A stretch of 64,000 bases of DNA from Methanobacteriota archaeon (lineage in GTDB: Archaea; Halobacteriota; Bog-38; Methanoflorentales; Methanoflorentaceae): contig OY970393.1 in the NCBI GenBank assembly GCA_963720465.1, positions 1,632,001 to 1,696,000 on the forward strand. Direction: 5' to 3'. Below the pieces are notes generated by a model that had not been told where the DNA came from, made no database searches, and was given only the letters and a program-made list of their open reading frames with translations. Of the stretch, positions 1-9,744 are shown piece after piece. The first letter of the stretch is position 1. Each line of letters opens with the position of its first letter. The position numbers were made by a program, and so were the translations under genes.

Positions 1-643
1 CGGTCAGAGGCGCTTTGCTTGTCGGCTTGAACACCACGGTGTTTCCGGTGAGAAGTGCCGCTGCGACCATTCCTGCTGCGAGCACGAGTGGGAAGTTAAA
101 CGGTGAGATAATAGCCCACGCCCCATATGGCTTCATCGCACTGACGCTTCGCTCTCCAGTGACCTCGGACATGGGAACGGTGAAGCCCTCCCTCTCTTCA
201 TAAGTAGTGCAGTTATACCGAAGCATTTCGATTGTTTCACATACCTCAGCGAGAGCTTCAAATCTATTTTTTCCCACCTCATAGGTCATGAGAGCGGCAA
301 GGAGGAAGCTCTGCTTCTCGATGCCGTCCGCGATGGCGCGAATGATCCGAACGCGTTCTTCCCAGTCAGTTTGACTCCACGCGGGAAACGACTCTGTCGC
401 CTCGGCGACCGCGGACCTAGTCTCGGCCTCCCCGCCTTTTTGAAACGTGCCGATCACGAGATCGGTATCGATAGGGGAGCGGGTCTCAAACTCCTCAATA
501 GCTGCGACGCGCCGACCGCCGATATACATGGGATAATGCTGCCCAAGCTCTCTTCGGACCGTTTCCAGCGCCTGTTCGTAGCCGCTATGAATATCTTTGT
601 TATCGAGAAGCGAAGTGTAGGTCAGCTTTTTCTTTTTTGCCAT
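1..643 (-). CDS. Aldehyde dehydrogenase family protein, probably 1-pyrroline-5-carboxylate dehydrogenase-like; runs off the window start
   Basis: Not in the ORF track. Manual translation from ATG at 643: MAKKKKLTYTSLLDNKDIHSGYEQALETVRRELGQHYPMYIGG...WEERVRIIRAIAD...PYGAWAIISPFNFPL...ALLTGNTVVFKP, with ALDH motifs PFNFP and GNTVVxKP. GAGGAG RBS upstream. Confidence 0.85.
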   Translation of the reverse strand, partial: MAKKKKLTYTSLLDNKDIHSGYEQALETVRRELGQHYPMYIGGRRVAAIEEFETRSPIDTDLVIGTFQKGGEAETRSAVAEATESFPAWSQTDWEERVRIIRAIADGIEKQSFLLAALMTYEVGKNRFEALAEVCETIEMLRYNCTTYEEREGFTVPMSEVTGERSVSAMKPYGAWAIISPFNFPLVLAAGMVAAALLTGNTVVFKPTSKAPLT

Positions 644-925
644 GGTCGAGTGCTCCTCATCGTCTCATTGGAGAGACCAACACTGCTGCACCCCCGATTC
701 GTGCGCCTGTATAATACGCTATCGGTTATGAATAGGTAAGTGCGTGGTTGGCTGCGTTGAGCCAGATAGCCCGGATGGTTTCTTTGCAGTAAGGATGACC
801 CGACTCGCAAAACGCGGCACGGCGCCGGGCGCGACTCGTCGCGAAGTGAGAACGTTAACTCCGTCTAACCGAAAGATACTTGGCGTTGGCGGCGTTGAAA
901 GGAGTAGTACGAACGTGGAGGGGAA

Positions 926-1597
926 GTGACGGCAGACCCTGTAACCGGCGAACCCTACAAGCGCATAAAGCGCACAATGGAATCTATTTCCGGACGAGTG
1001 CGACAAGAGGCAGGCTCGCTTGATCGTTCAGAGGTGAACGCGTTTGTCGCTGAGATCATTGAGACGCACGAAGATCGCCATCGCATATTCCTTCTTGGCG
1101 AGGGGCGGTCGGGGTTGGTCGCCCGCTCCTTTGCTATGCGCTTAATGCATCTGGGTTTCGACGTCTACGTCTTTGGCGAGGTAGTCACCCCTGCCGTCAA
1201 AACAAACGATCTCGTGATCGCCGTTTCCGGGACAGGCGAAACAGGTCCGGTTAACGAGACAGCGAAGATCGCCAAGCAACACGGAGCTAGAATTGCCGTC
1301 GTCACCTCGAATACGGACTCATCGCTCGGCAAGATTGCGACCAACACCGTGACCATCCGCGGCCGAACGGAAGCCGACGAAACGAGCTTCTTAGAGCGTC
1401 AGGTCACTGGCGTATCAATTTCACTCACGCCACTTGGAACGCTGTTTGAGATCAATGTGATGGTGTTCTTAGACAGCGTTATTGCCGGCCTGATCGCAGC
1501 TTTGGAAAAGAAGGAGGAAGAAATAGCCGAGCGGCATTCAGATCTAAGAGCGCGACGAGTAACGGCAAATCCGCACGACGCCCACGGCGAGTCCTAA
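926..1597 (+). CDS. hxlB: 6-phospho-3-hexuloisomerase (SIS domain, RuMP pathway)
   Basis: GEGRSGLVARSFAMRLMHLG, SGTGET and PLGTLFE motifs. The C-terminus after HSDL is probably extended by a 1-nt insertion. Confidence 0.92.
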   Translation: MTADPVTGEPYKRIKRTMESISGRVRQEAGSLDRSEVNAFVAEIIETHEDRHRIFLLGEGRSGLVARSFAMRLMHLGFDVYVFGEVVTPAVKTNDLVIAVSGTGETGPVNETAKIAKQHGARIAVVTSNTDSSLGKIATNTVTIRGRTEADETSFLERQVTGVSISLTPLGTLFEINVMVFLDSVIAGLIAALEKKEEEIAERHSDLRARRVTANPHDAHGES

Positions 1598-1728
1598 CGC
1601 GTTATCGTCCAGGCGCCCAAATACGAACCCCCTTTTTTTAGACGCTGCTCATTGCCGCACCTATCGGACCCAACACGGTTAAACCCTCGAGACGAATCAA
1701 GAGCATAGAGCTGAAACGGGAGGTGACT

Positions 1729-2096
1729 ATGGCTTGGACAGCATAATTCTGTACGTGCTCATTGGAGCGTCCGCCGGAGTTTTAAGCGGCTTGTTAGGAA
1801 TTGGAGGCGGTCTCATCCTGGTCCCGGCGCTCGTGCTGCTCGTCGGGCTCACCCAGCAACAGGCGCAAGGCACCACGCTGGTTTTGCTGGCCGCGCCTTT
1901 TGGGTTGCTAGCTGCCTTGACGTACTACCAAAGCGGCTACGCGGACTTGAAGATTGCGGCGGTTCTCGGCATTGGCTTCTTTTTCGGAGCTTTTCTTGGG
2001 GCGAAGATCGCAATAAATATCCCTAATGTCGTTTTGCAAAAGGTTTTCGGTGTAGCGCTGTTGGTAGTCGCGGTGTACCTGCTGCTAAGCAAATAG
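1729..2096 (+). CDS. Half-size TauE/SafE (TSUP) family membrane protein
   Basis: GASAGVLSGLLGIGGGLILVPAL...AQGTTL signature. The RBS GGAGGTGA precedes ATG at 1729, which is out of frame with the TTG-started ORF (1734) by one base. Confidence 0.85.
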
Positions 2097-2385
2097 AGGC
2101 AAAGCGTCGAGTCTCACATCGCTATCGCAATCATCTTGGCGGCTGCAACAAGACGGCGCACGACGCCAATGTGCTTTGTTAGGCAGGGAAAGGATTATAA
2201 AGACACGAAAGAAGACCAAAGTAGTAGGCAAATTAAACGCTCTGACAAGCCGAAGTCCGCTGTAGAGCCTATGGTGGTCTCTAGGCACGTACAAGGTTCA
2301 GTGTTTGCACGTCTGTGGTTGGCTATGCGCAGAACCAGAGAGTTTGAGGCGTCGAACTAAAACAGAATCAAAGCGAGGCAAAAGA

Positions 2386-2682
2386 ATGGGTCTTTTTAAA
2401 TTGATGTGTCTGCCTATGAAAATGATGATGATGCCTATAACAGGGCCGGTCCGTATGATGATGATGCCGTTCAAGATGGCGTTGCGTTTCGCGACGGTAA
2501 TGCTGCTGTTCGCGCAACTGATGGTAATGCTGTTCGTTGCTGCAGCGTTCGTCCTGTTCACCGTCGTGCCGGCCGTTATGTTCGCGCTGTTTTTCGTGAA
2601 GAAAAAAATGCACATGGGAAAGAAGGGGCCGCACGGAAGAATGCACATGCACATGCCCACGCCACGGCGCTTTAAGCCCTAG
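2386..2682 (+). CDS. Small Met/His-rich membrane protein (98 aa)
   Basis: MGLFKLMCLPMKMMMMP...RMMMMPFKM, a long hydrophobic stretch and an MHMGKKGPHGRMHMHM tail; 21 Met in 98 aa. Confidence 0.65.
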   Translation: MGLFKLMCLPMKMMMMPITGPVRMMMMPFKMALRFATVMLLFAQLMVMLFVAAAFVLFTVVPAVMFALFFVKKKMHMGKKGPHGRMHMHMPTPRRFKP

Positions 2683-3051
2683 GCGTATGGAAAAGGCAGC
2701 TCCTCACAAAAAAGCAACGAACGAGGCGAAAGCCGGCGCTGACACGCGAGTGCCATCTTTTTTGTTGTTGTAGTCGCAGCTAAGTTCCGCCCAGCGCGTT
2801 CGCGCTGAGAATCAAATCCCGCAGCGACGCGATCGTTAGGCGCAAGGGAATTATTACACGTGAGCACTCGCAAACCGACTGCCATTCGCCGCGTCTCCAC
2901 CAATGTGGCAACCGCTGTGGTTGCAGTCGAGCTTCTTTGCACAACTTAACGCCGGATATCTCAATCCTTCGGTTCTGATACGCCTCGACCAAGTAACTGT
3001 TGCGCTTTAGACGCGTCGCAGCTTTTAGTATGCGCGGGAACAACAACTTGA

Positions 3052-3180
3052 CTATTTAGGTATAAACGTGCGTGTAGGACACTGAGTAGTCTCTCGGTCG
3101 CCTGGCACGTCGTGGCCAAAGCAACTGCCTTTGCTGTCGTCGATCGGCTCATAGAACTTACATTCTTTGCATGTAGGCAC
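3052..3180 (-). CDS. 42-aa four-cysteine miniprotein (BssC/TutF gamma-subunit-like, putative Fe-S or Zn binding)
   Basis: GTG start after a GGAGGGTGAG RBS; MPTCKECKFYEPIDDSKGSCFGHDVPGDRETTQCPTRTFIPK*. Below the ORF-track length cutoff. Confidence 0.75.
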   Translation of the reverse strand: MPTCKECKFYEPIDDSKGSCFGHDVPGDRETTQCPTRTFIPK

Positions 3181-3386
3181 AACTCACCCTCCTTTGGCTG
3201 TTAGAAAAGACGTGGTGCCGTGTTATATGTACTCTCTGTTGCCGCTAGGTAATAGCCCGAACTGTGTGAACGTCGCTGAAGCCTTTAGAATTGACATGCG
3301 CTTTAGCTCCCCGAAATAAGGACGCTATGTGGCTTCTTCTTGGGCATCCATAAACTACCAGTGCGGACGTCGTGCCAGCACCGCGT

Positions 3387-3815
3387 TCAATCTGCCCAGC
3401 CATTATTGACAGGGGCCTGACCCGTTGTTTCCAACGTCTTCATCAAACGCGTTGTAATTTCCTTGCTTTTCTGCTCACTGAAAATCGTTTGCAGCACGCT
3501 GGTGAGCCGGTTGCGGGCTGTTGCGACGTTTGCCATGTCGACCATGCGGTCAGCGTCTTGGAGGATGCCGAGTGTGTGGTACACGAGCGCATGAATCATA
3601 CACGCCTTGAGATCGCACTCAAATTGCGACTCCGTCTCGCGGCGCCGGTCGTCGTACTGCGGCGCGCAGAACCTGCATCCGCTTCCCGGAACCATCACTC
3701 CCATTTTCGGAGCATCAAGAGTATTGCGCTGCAGGGCAGCGATCAGCTCGTTAGCCGTCAGCCTATCCATTTCGGCGGCGATGATATCGAAAACAGCGTG
3801 CTCCAAGTCGATCAT
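3387..3815 (-). CDS. Hypothetical protein
   Basis: 142-aa ATG ORF with helical composition; no family recognised. Confidence 0.5.
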   Translation of the reverse strand: MIDLEHAVFDIIAAEMDRLTANELIAALQRNTLDAPKMGVMVPGSGCRFCAPQYDDRRRETESQFECDLKACMIHALVYHTLGILQDADRMVDMANVATARNRLTSVLQTIFSEQKSKEITTRLMKTLETTGQAPVNNGWAD

Positions 3816-4596
3816 TGTCTTTGCACCTATGGTCGTTGATGACTATTTATCTATGTGCCTCTTTGCCGTTACCACATTTGACTCGTCGAAGGATGGCTTG
3901 CCGCACATAGCTCAGCCATAGGCTACAGAGGGTTAAGCAGAGTCTTGCAATATCGAATGTGACGCCTCGCACGCGGAAGTACGCCAAAACTAAGCCAAAA
4001 ATGTACCACAATTTCGCGCGGGAACTAAACACCGTTATTTCCGAATCGACACATCTTTTAGCCACGGCGTGTGCAAGGCCTAGCACTCTAAAAATGTTAT
4101 TATCTTAATTCTAGTATAATTTAGAAAATATATTTTGAAAAACTTGCTCGTCGGGCGGGACGCCTGAACTTCGTTTAACACCGACTGCCCCGCACTACTC
4201 TTAGACGGTTGTGGTGAGATTAAGGTGGAAGAGAACGACGCACGATGAGAGTAGCGACAAGCGAATAAGGTAGGGATCTCACAATCGGACGTGCATCGAT
4301 CTCTGCGAGGGATAACTAATCATCCAACATAAAGCACGTTGGCCGTCTCAGTCGGGCGACAGCTAAAATGGAGCCCCAACATTCATTTACTATGACGTCT
4401 GAGTGAGATTAAGGCTTAGAAGTGAAAGCAGGCCGCGCAGTTGACGCCAATCAAAAACGGCCTGCTCTCACGCAAAGTAAGACGCAATTCAAAGTGACTG
4501 GACTATAGTATATAGTTTTGGATGTTTGTCTGCGTCTTTCTTTGTGTGATCCTTCGCTTCGAGCATAGCTGCCGTCGTACGACGGAAGGTAAACCC

Positions 4597-5085
4597 ATGA
4601 AAGGAGAACATACAAGACAAAAATTCCTGGAGCTGCGAGCTCAGGGGAAGTCGTTTCGAGCTATTGAAATCGAAATCGGTATAAGTAGAGGCACGTTGGC
4701 AAAATGGGAGCAAGAATATAGAGAAGAGCTCACGAACCTAAAGGCCATCGAACGTGACGCCATGCGCGAAAAGTACTTGCTGACCAACCAGGCGCAGCTG
4801 GAACTCCTCGGGACGCAGTTCACGCGCCTGAAGGAGGAGCTGGAAAAGCGCGATCTCTCAGACATTCCTACGCCCAAACTCTTTGAGTTGGTCTTAAAGT
4901 ACAGCACACGGCTTACAGAGGATTTTCCCGCCCAGTGGATTGGCACCGAAGAGCAGCTTGCTAAAGAGAAGGCTAGTCGAGAAGAGATGCGAGAAGCGAT
5001 GCGTGGGTTGAAAGCCTCCATGCCGATAAGAAGCCGCAATAGCTACGACGCTCTGCTGGGAAGCATCGATACGTCAAAGCAGTAG
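4597..5085 (+). CDS. Helix-turn-helix protein with coiled-coil, of a type seen in mobile elements and phage
   Basis: KFLELRAQGKSFRAIEIEIGISRGTLAKWE HTH followed by a coiled coil (LKEELEKRDLSDIPTPKL). Confidence 0.75.
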   Translation: MKGEHTRQKFLELRAQGKSFRAIEIEIGISRGTLAKWEQEYREELTNLKAIERDAMREKYLLTNQAQLELLGTQFTRLKEELEKRDLSDIPTPKLFELVLKYSTRLTEDFPAQWIGTEEQLAKEKASREEMREAMRGLKASMPIRSRNSYDALLGSIDTSKQ

Positions 5086-5329
5086 AGAAGAACGCTGGTA
5101 TTGACGAGGAGTTCTGCCGGGAACCGGGTTGCTCGTCGAATTCACGGGAGAAGCATAGAGCACTCGGTGTCGATAGGCAAAAATTTAGCTTCCATAGCCA
5201 GGGCACCGCTGTGCCCGAGCCCCCGACTACATAGTGCCCTCCAGGCGAGTGCCGAGTCGTTCGTGTGATCTTACCGGATGGTTTATCTAAATGCAATTCT
5301 TGCGCTAAAATCCCCCGGTGCCTAAGTGC

Positions 5330-5602
5330 GTTTACACGTGGTCCCGGGGTGTTGTGGGTAGGGGGGTTCGTTTAACGGGTGGCATCGGCGTAATTGAAGC
5401 GAATATGCCCGGTGCAGAACAAGGGTTGAGTTTGGAGTAGATGTAGAGGCTGCCGTTGCCACTCTCGTTGCTGCTGTTGACGTACGTCGTCGCTGCTGCA
5501 CCGGTCGTAGGTCGGAGAAGCGGTTTGATTGGTGGTGCGTCCCGCCCCTGTAATCAGCAGCACGAACGCGGCAACCACTAAGATGCGCACTGCTTGTTTC
5601 AT
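5330..5602 (-). pseudogene. Degenerate secreted or lipoprotein-like gene
   Basis: Signal-peptide-like MKQAVRILVVAAFVLLITGAG(R)TTNQT, then a frameshift into a Thr/Pro-rich frame. Confidence 0.35.
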
Positions 5603-5817
5603 ATCGTTTCGTATCTAACACGCGGTACGTGACGCGAATCTTTTTGGATCAAGCCATACGGTGACGAAACCGTGGAGCGTAGAGCTTTGACGCTAGTCGC
5701 GCGCGCGAAAAGCCCGCTTTGGTGCGCGAGAAAAGTCTCCGGCAGACGCAAAGATTGATCGGCTCCGGTCTAACGGACGAAGCGAAAGGTACCGATGATG
5801 CAACGAGGAACGAATCG

Positions 5818-6345
5818 ATGAAGAATAAGAAGGTGTATCAGACGACGCTGCCGCTCCATGATATCAACCACCTTTTTGATGACCCGAACATTTCACCATT
5901 TTCTGACTACTACCAACCGTACAGTTTCAAAACGGGTATGGACTACGTCGTCGATGAGTTGTACAGCCACCCATCAGTGGAGGAGATTAAACTTACAGTG
6001 CTGCTTCCTGCAGAGCAGATAACGCCTGATCTGGAGGCGAAGACGCTGAAAGCCGTCCGTAAATACTCTGAAGCCTGGGCACAGAATGCACGACAGGCAG
6101 GATATCGCACGATACAAAGGCCTGCGCACGCTGCGAGTGGGCATCCTCGCTTTTCTTGTGTTGAATGGGCTCGCGCTGTGGTTCGGATCGTATGCGAATT
6201 TTGGGATCAGGCTGTTGAGCGAGGGTCTGCTTATTGGCGGGTGGTACTCTTGTGGTGGCCGCTTGACGCTTTGGCCTTTGGCGTACGGGAGAACCGGCTG
6301 GAAGAGAGCGCATATAAAGCGCTAAAAAACGTGCAGCTCACAATT
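5818..6345 (+). pseudogene. Frameshifted two-TM membrane protein, 3' end overlapped by a repeat-family ORF
   Basis: Coherent protein only after two frame changes (...AWAQNARQ / DIARYKGLRTLRVGILAFLVL...LLIGGW / VLLWWPLDAL...KNVQLTI). Confidence 0.6.
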
Positions 6346-6585
6346 TTTCTGCGGCTTTGTTATGAGGCGAAACAACAACGAGAAACGCAAGCGCCCCGTT
6401 GTGAACCGTTTGATAGATGCAGGTAGGCAGCCCTGCAAGCCTTGAGAACCTATAAGGCAACCTAATAGTTGGGTACTATAATGAGCTTTTGCTCGATGGA
6501 GCGAGATCTTGCTGCGGTGGACTTCTAACAGCTCATAGTTTGACATCGCAGCATTATAATATGGGTAATGTTCAGAGGCTAGCAT
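6338..6585 (-). pseudogene. YPxIRLP-family small ORF, copy 1 (one frameshift)
   Basis: ...KISLHRAKAHY(fs)YPTIRLPYRFSRLAGLPTCIYQTVHNGALAFLVVVSPHNKAAEKL*; near-identical in protein to 48811-49035. Confidence 0.75.
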
Positions 6586-6859
6586 AGTTTGTGTGTGGAG
6601 GCGTTGCACACTAATCATTCTGTTTTGACCTCCTTGACTGAGCATTGCACGAAGAAAAGCCTGCAACAAAGAGGATGCGCCAGGGAAGCGGCTTCGAAGA
6701 CCGTGGAAAAAAGAAAGGCGATCAAACGGAAGTCTGTCAAGGTTGAAGTGGCATCCACTGTCTGAAGATGTCTATGATGTGAACGCCTCTATTGGAAGAA
6801 TGCTAACTCCAGCCACGAATGAGGTCGTTGTTTGGCCAAGACTAGTTCGACAGCATCTC

Positions 6860-8496
6860 TCATTTACCTTCAGCCGGTAAGGTGATGGTGAACGCCGTTC
6901 CCCTACCCTTGACGCTCTCAAAGCTAATCGTCCCACCGTGCGCGTCAACGATCCGCTTAACCACCGCCAGTCCCAGTCCTGTGCCCTTCGCCTTGCCGGT
7001 AAAGAGCGGCCTAAAGAGCTTGTCTTTGAGCTCATCAGGGATGCCTACACCCGTATCGTGCACGCGTATTGCTACCGATCCATCTTGAGCAGAAGCGCTC
7101 ACAGAGAGCGTGCCGCCATCGGGCATCGCCTGTATCGCATTGAGAATCAGGTTGCCGAACACGCGGTGCATGAGGTGCGGATCAGCCATCACCGTAAGAT
7201 CGGGGATGTTCGTGATGATGCGTACGCCATCGGCGTGGGGTATCGATTTAAGCACATCTGTGATGAGCTGTCCGACCGAAAGCGGTTCGTACTCTGGCGT
7301 AATCGGACGGGCGTAGTCCTGCAGGTCGCCGACGATCTTGTCCATATAGAAGATCTGCTCGCTGATTTTGTCAAAGAGCACTGCCACCTTTTCCCAGTCT
7401 TGGACACCGCGTTTTTCAGGAGGAGGCGGTCGGAGCGCATTCTTTGCAGATCGACGACGTATTGGAGTCCTTGCAACGGGTTGCGCAGGTCGTGACCGAT
7501 CATCGTGGCGGTCTCGCCGATGCCTGCCAAGCGCTCCGCGCTTTTCAGCAGTATTGTGCGCTCTTCTACGAGCTCCTCGAGGTGCTCTGTCTGACGTTCG
7601 AGTTGCTCGGCGTAGCCCTTTGCCGCCTCTTCTGCCTGCTTGTGCTCGAGCACCTCGGCTCGCAGCAGCGCCGTTGTCTGAGCCAGATCAGCGGTGCGTT
7701 CTTTGACCCGCTGCTCCAACTCGTTATGCGCTTGTTGGAGCACATCTGCTGCGTGTTTCTGCTCGGTCACATCAACGATGATACCGCGCACGCCGACGAC
7801 AGCACCGTCTCGCCTGATCGGGACAGCACGGACTGAAATGGGGAACGTGCTCCCGTCTTTCCGTCGCCCGGTGTACGCGACCCAACCGAGCCGTTGAGTG
7901 TCCATCCTCTGTCGGAAAACCTCTCGACCCCGATTACGGTCGTCAGGTGCAAGAAGGTCGAATGCGGTCATTCCCGCCTGCAGTTGCTCTTTCGTATAGC
8001 CGAACATGTGCAGGCACCCGGCGTTCGCAAAGGTGAAGACGCCTGTTGCATCCGTTTCGTATACGACCTCTGGCAACGCGTCGGTGAGTTCCCGGATTCG
8101 TTTTTCGCTCGCAAGCGCATTTTGCTCCTTTACATGCCTGTGGAGCGCTACGTCAATGGCAGCAATGAGCTCCCGCTCATCTAACGGGTTGAGAAGAAAG
8201 CCGGCAGGTTCAGCCGCAATTGCCTTCTGAACTGTCGCCACATCCGTGTCGGCGGCGATGAAGATGCTCGGAATGTTGTGGCGTTTCTTAATCTCTCGAG
8301 CGGCTTCGATACTGTTCCTGTCGCCCTCCATCTTGATATCCATAAGGATGATGTCAGGCTGCAAATCGTTTTCGCGCTCTATAACGTCGCTGACTGTCGC
8401 AGCGGTTGCGACGACGTCGTAGCTCACGTGCTGCAATCGACTCTGGATATCCTGAGCACTGGTTGGATCAGCTTCGACCAGAATAATGCGAATCAT
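6860..8496 (-). pseudogene. Receiver-PAS-histidine kinase hybrid with a 1-nt frameshift near 7420
   Basis: Receiver domain (DIILMDIKM), PAS, H-box GHDLRNPL in ORF 7189-8496; HATPase N/G1/G2 boxes in ORF 6860-7387. One added base restores LPPEKRG as in the paralog at 9745. Confidence 0.88.
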
Positions 8497-9205
8497 TGTT
8501 TCCTCGTGTGATGCAAATGCTGAGTAAAAAGAGCTCGATCAGGCATATTAAGGCTGATAATAATTCGCAGCTGATTTATAAATATTTGTCGACATTCATT
8601 AAGTAAGCGCGCGCACGACGCCTACGGCACTATCTACGAGAGAGCCTCGTTGTTGTCCACGGGTTATCCTAGTGCGGTAGCTTAACTGCTAAAACAAAGA
8701 ACGGCTGTTAGGCCTGGCTCACGCAAATAATGGACGTTAGTTTTCCCGATCGCATTCGGTATGGCATTAATCGGTGAGAGCATCCACGGCATCGTGTGGT
8801 TTAAAAAGCCGGCTCTCATCCCAACGTCTATTGGCACTGCGTTCCGTTCCTTTCGTTCTCCCGATCTGTGTTGTCTTCTTGGCTTTTTGACGTGCGCCAA
8901 AGGTAGTCCGCTTCAGCTGCGACTGGCCGGTATTATCGCAACGCTATCATGATTCTTTTCTCATTTGTCTGCTCCTCCTATACTCTAAAAAATCTCCTTT
9001 CAATCATCGGTCATTTTTCTTTTTCGATAAACCCGTTTGCATTCTCATCGTTTGTCCATTATCAAATGCGTTTTGGGGACTACATGGGAGTTTAACAGTC
9101 TTATCGTATGACCCCCGTGGGTTATCGAGCCATATTCGACAACGCATCTAAGCGATCATCGGGCAAAGAATATACGCATCAAACGCGCGACTATCGAGCG
9201 ATGCC

Positions 9206-9571
9206 ATGACGCTCCCGATACGTATTGAAAACGATGAAATCCCATCTTTCATCGCAGGCTGTGCCGTCGAAGCAACAGAGTGGGAAGTTGAGGGAAAGCG
9301 ATACGAGCAATGGTATGCCGAACATGAACATACGGACGACCCACCCTCTGCCTGGCGTGACGAGGTCATAATACCCTATCTGCAGCGACACTTTGAAGCG
9401 CTCGAAGTGCACGAGGATGGCCGTCTCTTCGGCATCCGACGCAATACCGAAGAGCAGATCGACCAAGGTTTTTACGATCCAGAACTGCTCGAAGAGTGTT
9501 TGCTCGCAAAATGTCCTGGACAAGGATGGCGGTTTGCGTTAGGATGCTGTCGCAAACAACACGCGAAGTAA
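9206..9571 (+). CDS. Acidic hypothetical protein
   Basis: 121-aa ATG ORF with protein-like composition; no family recognised. Confidence 0.5.
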   Translation: MTLPIRIENDEIPSFIAGCAVEATEWEVEGKRYEQWYAEHEHTDDPPSAWRDEVIIPYLQRHFEALEVHEDGRLFGIRRNTEEQIDQGFYDPELLEECLLAKCPGQGWRFALGCCRKQHAK

Positions 9572-9744
9572 CGCGCCTCCATTAAGGGCCGGTCTTGAGG
9601 CAGCCCCTAGTCATTCGCCAGGCGTTGTGCACTTAATCATTATGATGCGCTTTGGGCCGACTAAGCGTTTAAACAGGTGTCGTTCACTAACACGTCCGAA
9701 GATGTTGCGACAAATGCCGCTTTCATCGGCAAAAACTTATTCAT

